From positions 3,224,001 through 3,288,000 of the forward strand of contig CATNEN010000010.1 of NCBI GenBank assembly GCA_950097015.1: DNA of 64,000 bases. Reading direction: 5' to 3'. A program made the position numbers and the translations under genes. Positions 49,826 to 62,783 of this stretch are shown one piece after another. Under the pieces are notes generated by a model. It was given only the letters and a program-made list of their open reading frames with translations, did not search any database and was not told the DNA's origin. The stretch comes from Macrostomum hystrix (Eukaryota; Animalia; Platyhelminthes). Every line of letters starts with the position of its first letter. Within the stretch, counting starts at the first letter, position 1.

Positions 49826-52800
49826 TTCGAGTATTTGGGATTCGAGTAGTTGGGATTAGAGTAGTCGGGATTCGAGTATTTGGGATTTGAGTAGTTGGGA
49901 TTCGAGTATTTGGGATTTGAGTAGTTGGGATTCGAGTATTTGGGATTCGAGTAGTCGGGATTCGAGTATTTGGGATTCGAGTAGTTGGGATTAGAGTAGT
50001 CGGGATTCGAGTATTTGGGATTTGAGTAGTTGGGATTCGAGTATTTGGGATTTGAGTAGTTGGGATTCGAGTATTTGGGATTCGAGTAGTTGGGATTAGA
50101 GTAGTCGGGATTCGAGTATTTGGGATTTGAGTAGTTGGGATTCGAGTATTTGGGATTCGAGTAGTGGGGATTCGAGTAGTGGGGATTCGAGTATTTGGGA
50201 TTTGAGTAGTGGGGATTCGAGCAGTGGGGATTCGAGTAGTTGGGATTCGAGTAGTTGGGATTCGAGTAGTTGGGATTCGAGTAGTTGGGATTCGAGTAGT
50301 TGGGATTCGAGTATTTGGGATTTGAGTATTTGGGATTCGAGTAGTTGGGATTTGAGTAGTTGGGATTTGAGTAGTTGGGATTAGAGTAGTCGGGATTCGA
50401 GTATTTGGGATTTGAGTAGTTGGGATTCGAGTATTTGGGATTAGAGTAGTCGGGATTCGAGTATTTGGGATTCGAGTATTTGGGATTTGAGTAGTTGGGA
50501 TTCGAGTAGTTGGGATTCGAGTAGTTAAGATTCGAGCAGTGTGGATTCGAGCAGTGGGGATTCGAGCAGTGGGGATTCGAGCAGTGTGGATTCGAGCAGT
50601 GGGGATTCGAGTAGTTGGGATTCGAGTATTTGGGATCGAGTATTTGGGATTCGAGTAGTGGGGATTCGAGCAGTGGGGATTTGAGTAGTTGGGATCGAGT
50701 ATTTGTGATTCGAGTAGTTGGGATTCGAGTAGTTGGGATTCGAGTATTGGGGATTCGAGTAGTGGGGATTCGAGTAGTTAAGATTCGAGCAGTGGGGATT
50801 CGAGCAGTGGGGATTCGAGCAGTGGGGATTCGAGCAGTGGGGTTTCGAGTATTTAAGATTCGAGCAGTGGGGATTCGAGCAGTGGGGATTCGAGTAGTGG
50901 GGATTCGAGTATTTGGGATCGAGTATTTAAGATTCGAGTAGTGGGGATTCGAGCAGTGGGGATTCGAGTAGTGGGGATTCGAGTAGTGGGGATTCGAGTA
51001 GTTAAGATTCGAGCAGTGGGGATTCGAGCAGTTAAGATTCGAGCAGTGGGGATTCGAGTAGTTGGGATTCGAGTATTGGGGATTCGAGTAGTGGGGATTC
51101 GAGTAGTTAAGATTCGAGCAGTGGGGATTCGAGCAGTGGGGATTCGAGCAGTGGGGATTCGAGCAGTGGGGTTTCGAGTATTTAAGATTCGAGCAGTGGG
51201 GATTCGAGCAGTGGGGATTCGAGTAGTGGGGATTCGAGTAGTGGGGATTCGAGTAGTTAAGATTCGAGCAGTGGGGATTCGAGTAGTTAAGATTCGAGTA
51301 GTGGGGATTCGAGTAGTTAAGATTCGAGCAGTGGGGATTCGAGCAGTGGGGATTCGAGCAGTGGGGATTCGAGCAGTGGGGTTTCGAGTATTTAAGATTC
51401 GAGCAGTGGGGATTCGAGCAGTGGGGATTCGAGTAGTGGGGATTCGAGTATTTGGGATCGAGTATTTAAGATTCGAGCAGTGGGGATTCGAGTAGTGGGG
51501 ATTCGAGTAGTGGGGATTCGAGTAGTGGGGATTCGAGTAGTTAAGATTCGAGCAGTGGGGATTCGAGCAGTGGGGATTCGAGTAGTGGGGATTCGAGTAG
51601 TTGGGATTCGAGTATTTGGGATTCGAGTAGTGGGGATTCGAGTATTTAAGATTCGAGTAGTGGGGATTCGAGTAGTGGGGATTCGAGTAGTGGGGATTCG
51701 AGTAGTGGGGATTCGAGTAGTGGGGATTCGAGTATTTAAGATTCGAGCAGTGGGGATTCGAGCAGTGGGGATTCGAGTAGTGGGGATTCGAGTAGTGGGG
51801 ATTCGAGTATTTGGGATTCGAGCAGTGGGGATTCGAGTAGTGGGGATTCGAGTATTTGGGATTCGAGTATTTGGGACTCGAGTATTCGGGATTCGGGTAG
51901 TTGGGATTTGAGTAGTTGGACTCGAGTATTTGGGATTCGAGTAGTGGGGATTCGAGTAGTGGGGATTCGAGTAGTGGGGATTCGAGTAGTGGGGATTCGA
52001 GTATTTGGGATTTGAGTAGTTGGGATTCGAGTATTTGGGATTAGAGTAGTTGGGATTTGAGTAGTTGGGATTCGAGTAGTTGGGATTAGAGTAGTCGGGA
52101 TTCGAGTATTTGGGATTTGAGTAGTTGGGATTCGAGTATTTGGGATTAGAGTAGTCGGGATTCGAGTATTTGGGATTCGAGTATTTGGGATTTGAGTAGT
52201 TGGGATTCGAGTATTTGGGATTAGAGTAGTCGGGATTCGAGTATTTGGGATTCGAGTATTTGGGATTTGAGTAGTTGGGATTCGAGTATTTGGGATTAGA
52301 GTAGTCGGGATTCGAGTATTTGGGATTAGAGTAGTTGGGATTCGAGTATTTGGGATTAGAGTAGTTGGGATTTGAGTAGTTGGGATTCGAGTAGTTGGGA
52401 TTAGAGTAGTCGGGATTCGAGTATTTGGGATTTGAGTAGTTGGGATTCGAGTATTTGGGATTAGAGTAGTCGGGATTCGAGTATTTGGGATTCGAGTATT
52501 TGGGATTTGAGTAGTTGGGATTCGAGTATTTGGGATTAGAGTAGTCGGGATTCGAGTATTTGGGATTCGAGTATTTGGGATTAGAGTAGTCGGGATTTGA
52601 GTAGTTGGGATTCGAGTATTTGGGATTTGAGTAGTTGGGATTCGAGTATTTGGGATTAGAGTAGTCGGGATTCGAGTATTTGGGATTCGAGTATTTGGGA
52701 TTTGAGTAGTTGGGATTCGAGTATTTGGGATTTGAGTAGTTGGGATTCGAGTATTTGGGATTTGAGTAGTTGGGATTCGAGTATTTGGGATTAGAGTAGT

Positions 52801-55517
52801 CGGGATTCGAGTAGTTGGGATTCGAGTATTTGGGATTAGAGTAGTCGGGATTCGAGTATTTGGGATTCGAGTATTTGGGATTTGAGTAGTTGGGATTCGA
52901 GTAGTTGGGATTCGAGTAGTTAAGATTCGAGCAGTGTGGATTCGAGCAGTGGGGATTCGAGCAGTGGGGATTCGAGTAGTTGGGATTCGAGTATTTGGGA
53001 TCGAGTATTTGGGATTCGAGTAGTGGGGATTCGAGCAGTGGGGATTTGAGTAGTTGGGATCGAGTATTTGGGATTCGAGTAGTTGGGATTCGAGTAGTTG
53101 GGATTCGAGTATTGGGGATTCGAGTAGTGGGGATTCGAGTAGTTAAGATTCGAGCAGTGGGGATTCGAGCAGTGGGGATTCGAGCAGTGGGGATTCGAGC
53201 AGTGGGGATTCGAGTATTTAAGATTCGAGCAGTGGGGATTCGAGCAGTGGGGATTCGAGTAGTGGGGATTCGAGTATTTAAGATTCGAGTAGTGGGGATT
53301 CGAGCAGTGGGGATTCGAGCAGTGGGGATTCGAGTAGTGGGGATTCGAGTAGTGGGGATTCGAGTAGTGGGGATTCGAGTAGTTAAGATTCGAGCAGTGG
53401 GGATTCGAGCAGTGGGGATTCGAGTAGTGGGGATTCGAGTAGTTGGGATTCGAGTATTTGGGATTCGAGTAGTGGGGATTCGAGTATTTAAGATTCGAGT
53501 AGTGGGGATTCGAGTAGTGGGGATTCGAGTAGTGGGGATTCGAGTAGTGGGGATTCGAGTAGTGGGGATTCGAGTATTTAAGATTCGAGCAGTGGGGATT
53601 CGAGCAGTGGGGATTCGAGTAGTGGGGATTCGAGTAGTTGGGATTCGAGTATTTGGGATTCGAGTAGTGGGGATTCGAGTATTTAAGATTCGAGTAGTGG
53701 GGATTCGAGTAGTGGGGATTCGAGTAGTTGGGATTCGAGTATTTGGGATTCGAGTAGTTGGGATTCGAGTATTTGGGATTCGAGTAGTTGGGATTCGAGT
53801 ATTTGGGATTCGAGTAGTTGGGATTCGAGTAGTGGGGATTCGAGTAGTTGGGATTCGAGTATTTGGGATTCGAGTAGTGGGGATTCGAGTATTTAAGATT
53901 CGAGTAGTGGGGATTCGAGTAGTGGGGATTCGAGTAGTGGGGATTCGAGTAGTGGGGATTCGAGTAGTGGGGATTCGAGTAGTGGGGATTCGAGTATTTA
54001 AGATTCGAGCAGTGGGGATTCGAGCAGTGGGGATTCGAGTAGTGGGGATTCGAGTAGTGGGGATTCGAGTATTTGGGATTCGAGCAGTGGGGATTCGAGT
54101 AGTGGGGATTCGAGTATTTGGGATTCGAGTATTTGGGACTCGAGTATTCGGGATTCGGGTAGTTGGGATTTGAGTAGTTGGACTCGAGTATTTGGGATTC
54201 GAGTAGTGGGGATTCGAGTAGTGGGGATTCGAGTAGTGGGGATTCGAGTAGTGGGGATTCGAGCAGTGGGGATTGGAGCAGTGGGGATTCGAGTAGTGGG
54301 GATTCGAGTAGTGGGGATTCGAGTAGTGGGGATTCGAGTAGTGGGGATTCGAGTAGTGGGGATTCGAGTATTGGGGATTCGAGTAGTGGGGATTCGAGTA
54401 GTGGGGATTCGAGTATTGGGGATTCGAGTAGTGGGGATTCGAGTAGTGGGGATTCGAGTAGTTGGGATTCGAGTAGTGGGGATTCGAGCAGTGGGGATTC
54501 GAGTAGTGGGGATTCGAGTAGTGGGGATTCGAGTATTGGGGATTCGAGTAGTGGGGATTCGAGTAGTGGGGATTCGAGTAGTTGGGATTCGAGTAGTGGG
54601 GATTCGAGCAGTGGGGATTCGAGTAGTGGGGATTCGAGTAGTTGGGATTCGAGTAGTGGGGATTCGAGTAGTGGGGATTCGAGTAGTGGGGATTCGAGCA
54701 GTGGGGATTCGAGTAGTGGGGATTCGAGTAGTGGGGATTCGAGTAGTGGGGATTCGAGTAGTGGGGATTCGAGTAGTGGGGATTCGAGTAGTGGGGATTC
54801 GAGTAGTGGGGATTCGAGTAGTTGGGATTCGAGTATTTGGGATTCGAGTAGTGGGGATTCGAGTATTTGGACTCGAGTATTTGGGATTCGAGTATTTGGG
54901 ATTCGAGTATTTGGGATTTGAGTATTTGGGACTCGAGTATTCGGGATTCGAGTAGTTGGGATTCGAGTAGTTGGGATTTGAGTAGTTGGTATTCGAGTAT
55001 TTGGGATTTGAGTAGTTGGGATTCGAGTAGTTGGGATTCGAGTAGTGGGGATTCGAGTAGTGGGGATTCGAGTAGTGGGGATTCGAGTAGTGGGGATTCG
55101 AGTAGTGGGGATTCGAGCAGTGGGGATTCGAGTAGTGGGGATTCGAGTAGTGGGGATTCGAGCAGTGGGGATTCTAGTAGTGGGGATTCGAGTAGTGGGG
55201 ATTCGAGTAGTGGGGATTCGAGTAGTTGGGATTCGAGTAGTGGGGATTCGAGTAGTGGGGATTCGAGCAGTGGGGATTCTAGTAGTGGGGATTCGAGTAG
55301 TGGGGATTCGAGTAGTGGGGATTCGAGTATTTAAGATTCGAGTAGTTGGGATTCGAGTAGTTGGGATTCGAGTATTGGGATTCGAGTATTGGGATTCGAG
55401 TATTGGGGATTCGAGTAGTGGGGATTCGAGTTTGTAGGGACTCGAGTATTTGGGACTCGAGTATTTGGGAATCCAATAGTTGGGATTCGAGCAGTTGGGA
55501 TTCGAATACTTGGGATT
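49826..55517 (+). repeat. 5.7-kb 15-bp minisatellite (GGGATTCGAGTAGT(T/G))n with variant blocks
   Basis: Direct inspection. It explains the IRVVG / DSSSG ORFs. Confidence 0.97.
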
Positions 55518-55586
55518 CGAAGCCTTATCTTATCCATCAAGCAAGCCTCACTAATGCTCTAATGTTTGCACAAGTTCGCCACGCGG

Positions 55587-58500
55587 TCAGTCGGCCTCAC
55601 TCCGGCCCAGTCCTTGCCCTACCCGGATTCTCTGCCCCGGTGAGGCGGTGAAATCAAAACTTGCCGGCGCCTCAAACACCAGCACAACTGTGCTGCCCAG
55701 ATTGAACTGGCCGAACGGCTGGCCCTTGGCCAGGCGCGGACTTGGCCGCAGGCGCCTGTCGGCGAAGCCGCTGCGCGCGGCAGCCCGCCCTGCCTGGTTG
55801 GTTGCCAGATCCTGCGTTTCGGGGGAAGAGGTGGGAGTTGCGATTAATTGCGATAAATTTTACTGAGTTGAAAACAACTGATCCGTTAAACCTTTTTTCC
55901 GTTAGAAACAAATTTCCTTTAAAAAGCACCTTCTAGAAATCTGTTCATTACAAAGGAAAAAATGGAAGACTAAAGTGCTCTTGGAAAAGTTGAGGGCTGC
56001 AGCTAATATCAGTGGCTACACATAAACTATTCATGCATACAAGATGACCACCAAGTCACCCTTGAATGACAACTTCTAAAAACACTAAAATTTCCGCTTC
56101 TTAAAAACCATAGAACGATCTCTTCTAAAAGCCCTAGAATGACAACTCCTAAAAGCCCTAAAATGACCACCCCTGAAAGCCCTAGAATGACCACTCCTAA
56201 AAGCCCTAGAATGACCACTTCTAAAAGCCCTAGAATGACCACTCCTAAAAGCCCTAGAATGACCACTTCTAAAAGCCCTAGAATGACCACTTCTAAAAGC
56301 CCTAGAATGACCAATCGTAGACACCCAAGAAGGACACCCGGTCAGTCTCAAAGTGGTCTCACTCACCGGGTCGCAGGTGACGCTGATAGAGCCGACCCCG
56401 GTGGCGCCGACGGCGGTCATGCAAAGCCAGCCGTGGCGCCAGACGCCGTCAAAGACGGCTCGCTCGTTGGTGCAGAACAGGCCGGGGACGGTGGCAGCCA
56501 CGGGAGGCGCTACAGACAGCAGGCGGCCGGGGAAGTGGCGCCTGGCTCGAACCAGCCAGTGAGCGGGGCGAGTGGAACCGGTGATAATCACCTGGCGCCA
56601 GGTAAATTACGCAATGATAAAGCCGCGTGCCGGTCAAGCGGCGTAACTTGGCCAGGTAGGCCTGGTCATTAGCCTGGTCGTCAGCGTCTTGGTTGCTATG
56701 CGGCTGCTGCGGTTGCTGGGAGAATTCGCCGATTGGCAAAGGGCCGAGAAAATCCTGGAATTGAGTTTTTTGCACTGCGAGCAAGCATTCTGAGGCCTGG
56801 CGCACCCAATGAGGTGAAAAGGGGGCCGAGTCGCACAAAAAATTCCTGAGTTCTCTCCCACGGCGAGGCCAAATGTGGAACAATGGTCGAGAGATAGCAA
56901 GCCGGGCAAACCCTTCCTGACGAAGAGAAGGTCAGGGCCTGCACACAGCCCAGTGGAAGTATTTAGAGGCAGCGCTTACCTGCAGCCTGTAGGTGATGCC
57001 CTTCACCTGCTCCAAGTGTCCGGCCCGCACCCGACCCAGACTGAGCACTTGGCCATCTGCTGGAGACACCAGCTCGCTAGCCGGGCACACCGGCCGCAGG
57101 CCAGGTCGCAGGCTGCGGGCGAAGAACTCGGCCAGGGTGGCAAAGTCGACCAGCTCCTGGCAGCTGGCCTCGGCCAGGTCGCAGTGGCAGAGCCGGCTAT
57201 ACAGCCGGTAGAGGGGCGCGCGAGCTGCGAGTGGCAGCGGACGGCGGTGGCAGCGGCCCCAGGCGCGAGAGAGCGCGTTCAGCGGCAGCGGCAGCCGGCT
57301 GTAGGCCTGCGTGGGAATTTCGACGGGGCTGCGAGGCTGAGAAAAGGCGAAGATGGACATACTGACAGATCAAGGAATGTGATCGAAGCATTTAAGAGAA
57401 CCTGCAAAGGGATTGGAACATCCGACGGGATATGGAATGTGCTTGGAACATCCGACAAGACATGGAATGTGCTTGGAACATTCGACAAGACATGGAATGT
57501 GCTTGGAACATTCGACAAGACATGGAATGTGCTTGGAACATCTGACACGTCGGAATATCCGACAGGACATGGAATGTGGTTTCAACTTTAAACAGCCAGA
57601 CTTGATGTCATCGTTGTGGCCCGATCAATTGCTCATTTCTAAGTTTTGAATGAGTTAGAACAATCTTGCAATCAACTTTTTGGTAAATTTCAGCCATCGA
57701 TTGCCCAAATTGCGATTGTCAAGCTTGTGAGTTTCTCTTGTCGCATTCTGTTTGTCGAGTAAATAAGCGAATAAGTGCAACGTTATAAGTACATCAGATT
57801 AGCCTATTTTGTGATCTCTCGCTGGCCAGAAAAAAATCATATGACCTCACGCTTGACCATAATTGTAATGCCTAATTCTCTTATCAGTCCTGATACAGCC
57901 ACTGTTGTGAGTTATTTATTACCAAATACACAGCCAGATATTTGAAAAGATTCATTTGTTGACCTCTTCCGGAACTGGTCCTTTAACCGGTTGGCCAAAC
58001 AGGCAAAACCGGTTGGACAGTCCCGCCTGCGAATTCAAAGAAAGCCCTCAGCAACAGGGCGCAGATTGAGATTGCAATCTTTTGACACCTGATTGGACGT
58101 GTGTCAGGTGCTTTTCTGGTCGAAATCTCCAACCAAGTGCTTCTGCACCGCTTGCTCACCATGCTCTAAAATTAGTTCTCAAATATGGTTTTGCGTTTCA
58201 TTTTAATCTGCCAGTTTAAAAACGAGTTTCTTACTGACCCGCGCACCTCTGAGTCTTCTGACCTCGATTTCGATCCTCAAAATTTCTAAATAATCTGAAG
58301 CTGGTGAAAGCTGCAGAACTTTCTGAACCTTCTGAACCTCCTGAACCTTCTGAACCTTCTGAAGCTCCTGAACCTTCTGAACCTTCTGAAGCTCCTGAAC
58401 CTTCTGATCCTTCAAAACCTTTCGAACTTCTGAACCTTCTGAACCTTTTAAACCTCCTGAACCTTCTGAAGCTCCTGAACCTTCTGAACCTTCTGAACCT

Positions 58501-59373
58501 TCTGAACCTTCTGAACTTTCTGAACCTTCTGAACCTTCTGAACCTTCTGAACCTTCTGAACCTTCTGAACCTTCTGAACCTTCTGAACCTTCTGAAGCTC
58601 CTGAACCTTCTGAAGCTCCTGAACCTTCTGAAGCTCCTGAACCTTCTGAAGCTCCTGAACCTTCTGAATCTTCCTGAACCTTCTGAACCTTCTGAATCTT
58701 CCTGAACCTTCTGAACCTTCTGAACCTTCTGAACCTTCTGAACCTTCTGAACCTTCTGAACCTTCTGAACCTTCTGAATCTTCCTGAACCTTCTAATCCT
58801 TTTGAACCTTTTGAACCTTTTGAAATTTCTGAACCTTCTGAACCTTCTGAAGCTCCTGAACCTTCTGAACCCTTTGAATATTTTGATTGGAGCCTTCTAA
58901 ACATTCCAGAACATCCTAAGCCTTCTTAACACAATAAAGCTTTTTTTAATTCCTGAACTTTTTGTGAGGTCTCTGGCCTGACCGAGTCTTCAGAACCTCC
59001 CTGAATATTCTGCAATGTCTTCTGTACCTTGCTAAAATTACTGTGCCTTGTAACGTTTTTTATTGTGAACAAAATTTCCTTCCCAAAGACAATTGTTATT
59101 TCTGATGAAATTGCCTTCTGCAGAGTCAAGTGTCAATTGAATTTAGAACAGTGAGCTGGGCTGAGCAACTGGGCTGAGCTGGGCTGAGCAACTCACCCGG
59201 ATGACGCAGCTCAGGAAGTCGGCCCAGCAGCCCGCGGAAGACGCTGACAAGAGGAGCAGCGCCAGGAAGAGCGCGAGCACCTGGCAGCACTTGGATGAAA
59301 TGTCCGACCAGAAGGCTGCGATCAGAGTACCTGAGAAGATTAGAGTGCTCAGGCGACTGTGCCACAGATGCAT
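55587..59373 (-). CDS. PISD: Phosphatidylserine decarboxylase proenzyme, complement(join(55587..55811,56367..56754,56980..57306,59197..59373)), with one +1 frameshift at ~56565-56568; first exon tentative
   Basis: [65 protein letters not shown] and [14 protein letters not shown] (LGST cleavage motif). Confidence 0.92.
56130..56310 (+). repeat. 24-bp intronic minisatellite (CTAGAATGACCACT(C/T)CTAAAAGCC)n
   Basis: Direct inspection. Confidence 0.9.
57415..57580 (+). repeat. 30-bp intronic minisatellite (GGAATGTGCTTGGAACATTCGACAAGACAT)n
   Basis: Direct inspection. Confidence 0.9.
58310..58880 (+). repeat. 9-bp intronic repeat (GAACCTTCT)n
   Basis: Direct inspection. Confidence 0.95.
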
Positions 59374-59701
59374 GACAAATTTACAAAACTCTTTAGATTT
59401 CCTTCTTTCCTTTTGCTAAATCTCTCTCCGTACTCCCTCATTACGCCAATATATTTTAGCACTTAAAGAATAGCAAAAATGTAACCCAATGTCTTATCTG
59501 AACTGACTGAGATTTTTTCCTGGCTCGAGTCGAATCAGAATCAACAGGGGGGGGGCATTTTTCATGAAGGCTCAAAGTATTTTTGTGTGAAACGTTACGA
59601 TTGAGGCAGATTATTATAACTTCCAAAGTTCTTTAGAGGTCGGGAGTTTGAATCTCATCCGAAGGGGTGCAATCTGTGTCCACAAGCAAGACATCTAATT
59701 C

Positions 59702-59990
59702 GGGATGTGAGTGGCAGAGCGGTTAATGTGGCAGCCTTTCGCACCAAGGTCCCTGAGCTTGATTGCGTGGCGAGACCCCATTCATATTCGGGGCGCAGCC
59801 GCGGAGACAAGGCTTGTGTGCTAGTCGGCAATCTACGCCCTTGAGGGCCAACCGACGATGAGAAAGTCAGGGCAGATATACACTCTCACTGTAAGCGTGT
59901 GCCTGCGTACAGTATCTGTGTGCGTGTGTGTTCAGGAGTAAGCAAAATGAGTGTCACCAAGTTATGTGCCATTGCCCGCAGCCCTGCCAC
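59702..59990 (+). mobile_element. tRNA-derived SINE
   Basis: A-box-like GTGGCAGAGCGGTTAA and a degenerate B box GGTCCCTGAGCTTGATT. The body GCCCTTGAGGGCCAACC..GACGATGAGAAAGTCAGGGC is shared with other copies. Confidence 0.75.
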
Positions 59991-60511
59991 AATTTTTGTT
60001 ATAATATGATTGCTTCAGTTCACCCAGCTGAGAAATGGGTAATGGCGGCCGACCCGGTACATGGACTGAACAGCTGTACAAATCATTTGGAAGCGCCGGC
60101 TGTGCCTCTGGTTGCTTGCACATCTTGCCCAACTTGACTAGGTTTAATGCAGCTTTAGTCTCAAACTAAATTCGTACAAAGCAACATGCACATAATTTAC
60201 ACTGAGTGAACCTCATTTCTGGACAAGTCTGGCGCGCAGGCACGTTGTCCATCAGTTTATTTTCGCGTCCAAAAGCTAGCATTACTATTCCGATTGCGTA
60301 ATATTCCTGATTGCAGAGAGATCGCGGGTGTCATTTCTTGTCCCGGGCGCTCAACTTCACCGAACAAAAAAATTGGCTGAAACAATAGACATTAGCTGAA
60401 CTGCACGATGGGCCCCAGTGGGACAAGCCAAAAAAGCCACTATTTATATGCGGCTACGACGGAGCGCTTTTCGCAAGACCAACCTGGAGTTCTCTCTCGA
60501 TTCAGAAAGCA

Positions 60512-61315
60512 ATGGCTTCAGCAACCCGAACTGCCCACGAGTTTCTGCTTCTAGCAGCGGCGGTAGCTGTGCTTTTCCTCGCGGCCGTCTCGGCCAACCC
60601 AGCTCAGACCGACGGCCTGACAGGCAAATGGGGCTCCGGCAGCCACGACTCGAGCTCAGGTGGTAACAAAGGCAGCGACTGGCGAAAGCACGGAGATCGC
60701 TGGAACAACGATTGGGTAGACAACTGGAGACATCACGGCGATCGATGGAACAAGGACGGCGATCGATGGAACAAGGACGGCGATCGATGGAACAAGGACG
60801 GCGATCGATGGAACAAGGACGGCGATCGATGGAACAAGGACGGCGATCGATGGAACAAGGACGGCGATCGATGGAACAAGGACGGCGATCGATGGAACAA
60901 GGACGGCGATCGATGGAACAAGGACGGCGATCGATGGAACAAGGACGGCGATCGACAGAACAAGGAGGGCGGTCGATGGAAAAAGGACGGCGGTCGATGG
61001 AAAAAGGACGGTGATCGATGGAACAAGGACGTTGGTCGATGGAACAAGGACGGCGGTCGATGGAACAAGGACGGCGATCGATGGAACAAGGACGGCGATC
61101 GATGGAACAAGGACGGCGATCGATGGAACAAGGGCGGCGATCGATGGAACAATGACGGCGGTCGGTGGAACAAAGACGGTGGTCGATGGAACAAGGACGG
61201 TGGTCGATGGAACAAGGACGTTGGTCGATGGAACAAGGACGTTGGTCGATGGAACAAGGACGTTGGTCGATGGAACAAGGACGTTGGTCGATGGAACAAG
61301 CATGAAGGCAAGTGA
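60512..61315 (+). CDS. Secreted-type 267-aa protein with about 27 WNKDG(D/G)R-type heptads
   Basis: ATG ORF with a hydrophobic leader (FLLLAAAVAVLFLAAVSA-NP) and a non-repetitive N-terminus in frame with the 21-bp repeats. It ends WNKHEGK*. TATTTATA lies at 60441. Confidence 0.85.
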   Translation: MASATRTAHEFLLLAAAVAVLFLAAVSANPAQTDGLTGKWGSGSHDSSSGGNKGSDWRKHGDRWNNDWVDNWRHHGDRWNKDGDRWNKDGDRWNKDGDRWNKDGDRWNKDGDRWNKDGDRWNKDGDRWNKDGDRWNKDGDRWNKDGDRQNKEGGRWKKDGGRWKKDGDRWNKDVGRWNKDGGRWNKDGDRWNKDGDRWNKDGDRWNKGGDRWNNDGGRWNKDGGRWNKDGGRWNKDVGRWNKDVGRWNKDVGRWNKDVGRWNKHEGK

Positions 61316-61734
61316 ACTTACAGCGCGTCGAAAGAAGTCGAAATGCTTTAGAACAAATTACATCATTAGTGACTTTTTAGTGTCATTGCAAACCATTAGA
61401 CCAACAATTTTTCAATATAAATCTATGTGCGTCTTGAAGAAAAGTAGCACTGATGGTTGTACGAGCACTACTTTTTTATTAAATATATTGAAATAGCCAA
61501 TTTGTCTCGCTACTCGTACCCGCTAATGTCATTTGTGTGGGTCGAGTGTACGTACTCGTACGTTTTTAGTCTAACAAAAAGTCTAGCTTCAACCGAACCA
61601 GGGTTAAACTCGACGAGACAATGTTGTCAACTGTTGAATTTTGTTTGGTAAATAAAGGTTAGGGTTAAGATTACCTCGAGTTTGAAAAAATGAAGGGAGT
61701 GATACAAGGTACCTGAAGCTTCTGTCTATGACTA

Positions 61735-62015
61735 CAAGGTCCCTGAGCTCGATTCCGCCCTGAAGTCACATTCATTCCAGATGGCTTGGGGGCTTGTCCT
61801 ACAATTTACGCCCTTAAGGGCCAACCTCCAACGCGCAGTTAGTGTTCACTGCCTGACGATGAGAAATTCGGGGCTGATCTACACTGCACCTGCTTGAGCA
61901 TGTGTGTATAGTACCTGTGTGAGTGTATGCTCAGGAGTCAGCGGAAGGAGCCGAATCGCCTGTCACTGGCTGCGGCTCGACTGTCACCAAGTGATGTGCC
62001 AGTGCCCAAAGCACT
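61735..62015 (+). mobile_element. 5'-truncated SINE copy
   Basis: It starts at the B-box-like GGTCCCTGAGCTCGATTCC, and its body matches the other copies. Confidence 0.75.
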
Positions 62016-62425
62016 CCTGCAACCAGACCGCCGAGCTAGGTGAACCGCTGGTAGCAGGCGAGCTTGGTCCTCTGCCCCGACTGTGCCGCGTGAATTTTGG
62101 CCGTCACAGTCAGCACCTTTCTCGTCTCCAGCGTGTTGAAAACTTCAGGTTAAACAGAAAAGGACTGGAGGCAACAGGTTGTCGGCGTTTACGCCAGCTC
62201 AGGCGCAGGCTTGTGGGCCGTGCCTCATCCATAGAGCCGAGCCTCTTGGGGTTGGCCCTTTGGGACCGTGCCGATAAGCACTGCCATCACTGAATGGCAA
62301 TTCTGAGAACCTATTACAGCAAGGTGATGAACTGCTGAACTTCTAATTCCTGATTCGCAACTGTGCAGCCTGGTATGCTCAACACTTTTAAGGAGGTTCG
62401 CCAGGATTACTGCACTCTGCGCCCT

Positions 62426-62783
62426 AATGATAATAATAATTGCAGGAGGGCTGCGGGCAATGGCACATCATTTAGTGACCCTCAGCCAGCGAGGAGGCAA
62501 TCCCGCCCATTTCACTGCCTCCTGAGCACACACGCACACAGATACTGTACGCAGGCACACGCTCACACTGGTTTATACATCTGCCCTGACTTTCTCATCG
62601 TCAGGCAGTTTGCACTTCACTGTGCCTTGGAGGTTGGCTCTCAAGGGCGTGAATTGCACGACAAGCCCCCAAGCCTTCTCTACGCGGCTGCGCCCCAAAT
62701 AAATGTGGCCTCGCCGTGGAATCGAAACTCAGGGACCGTGGTGCGAGAGGCAAACGCGTGAACCGCTCTGCCACCGACCCCCC
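62426..62783 (-). mobile_element. Full-length tRNA-derived SINE flanked by a 14-bp direct repeat
   Basis: The minus strand has GGTGGCAGAGCGGTT (A box) and GGTCCCTGAGTTTCGATTCC (B box). GCACTCTGCGCCCT lies at 62412-62425 and 62784-62797 (candidate TSD). Confidence 0.8.

Noticed and set aside
59153-59196. GAGCT/GGGCT pentamers resembling immunoglobulin switch repeats
   Set aside because: This is a short local duplication next to a PISD splice donor in an invertebrate-type genome.
59702-59780. Possible tRNA gene
   Set aside because: The B box is degenerate, no cloverleaf acceptor stem is evident, and it continues into a shared SINE body.
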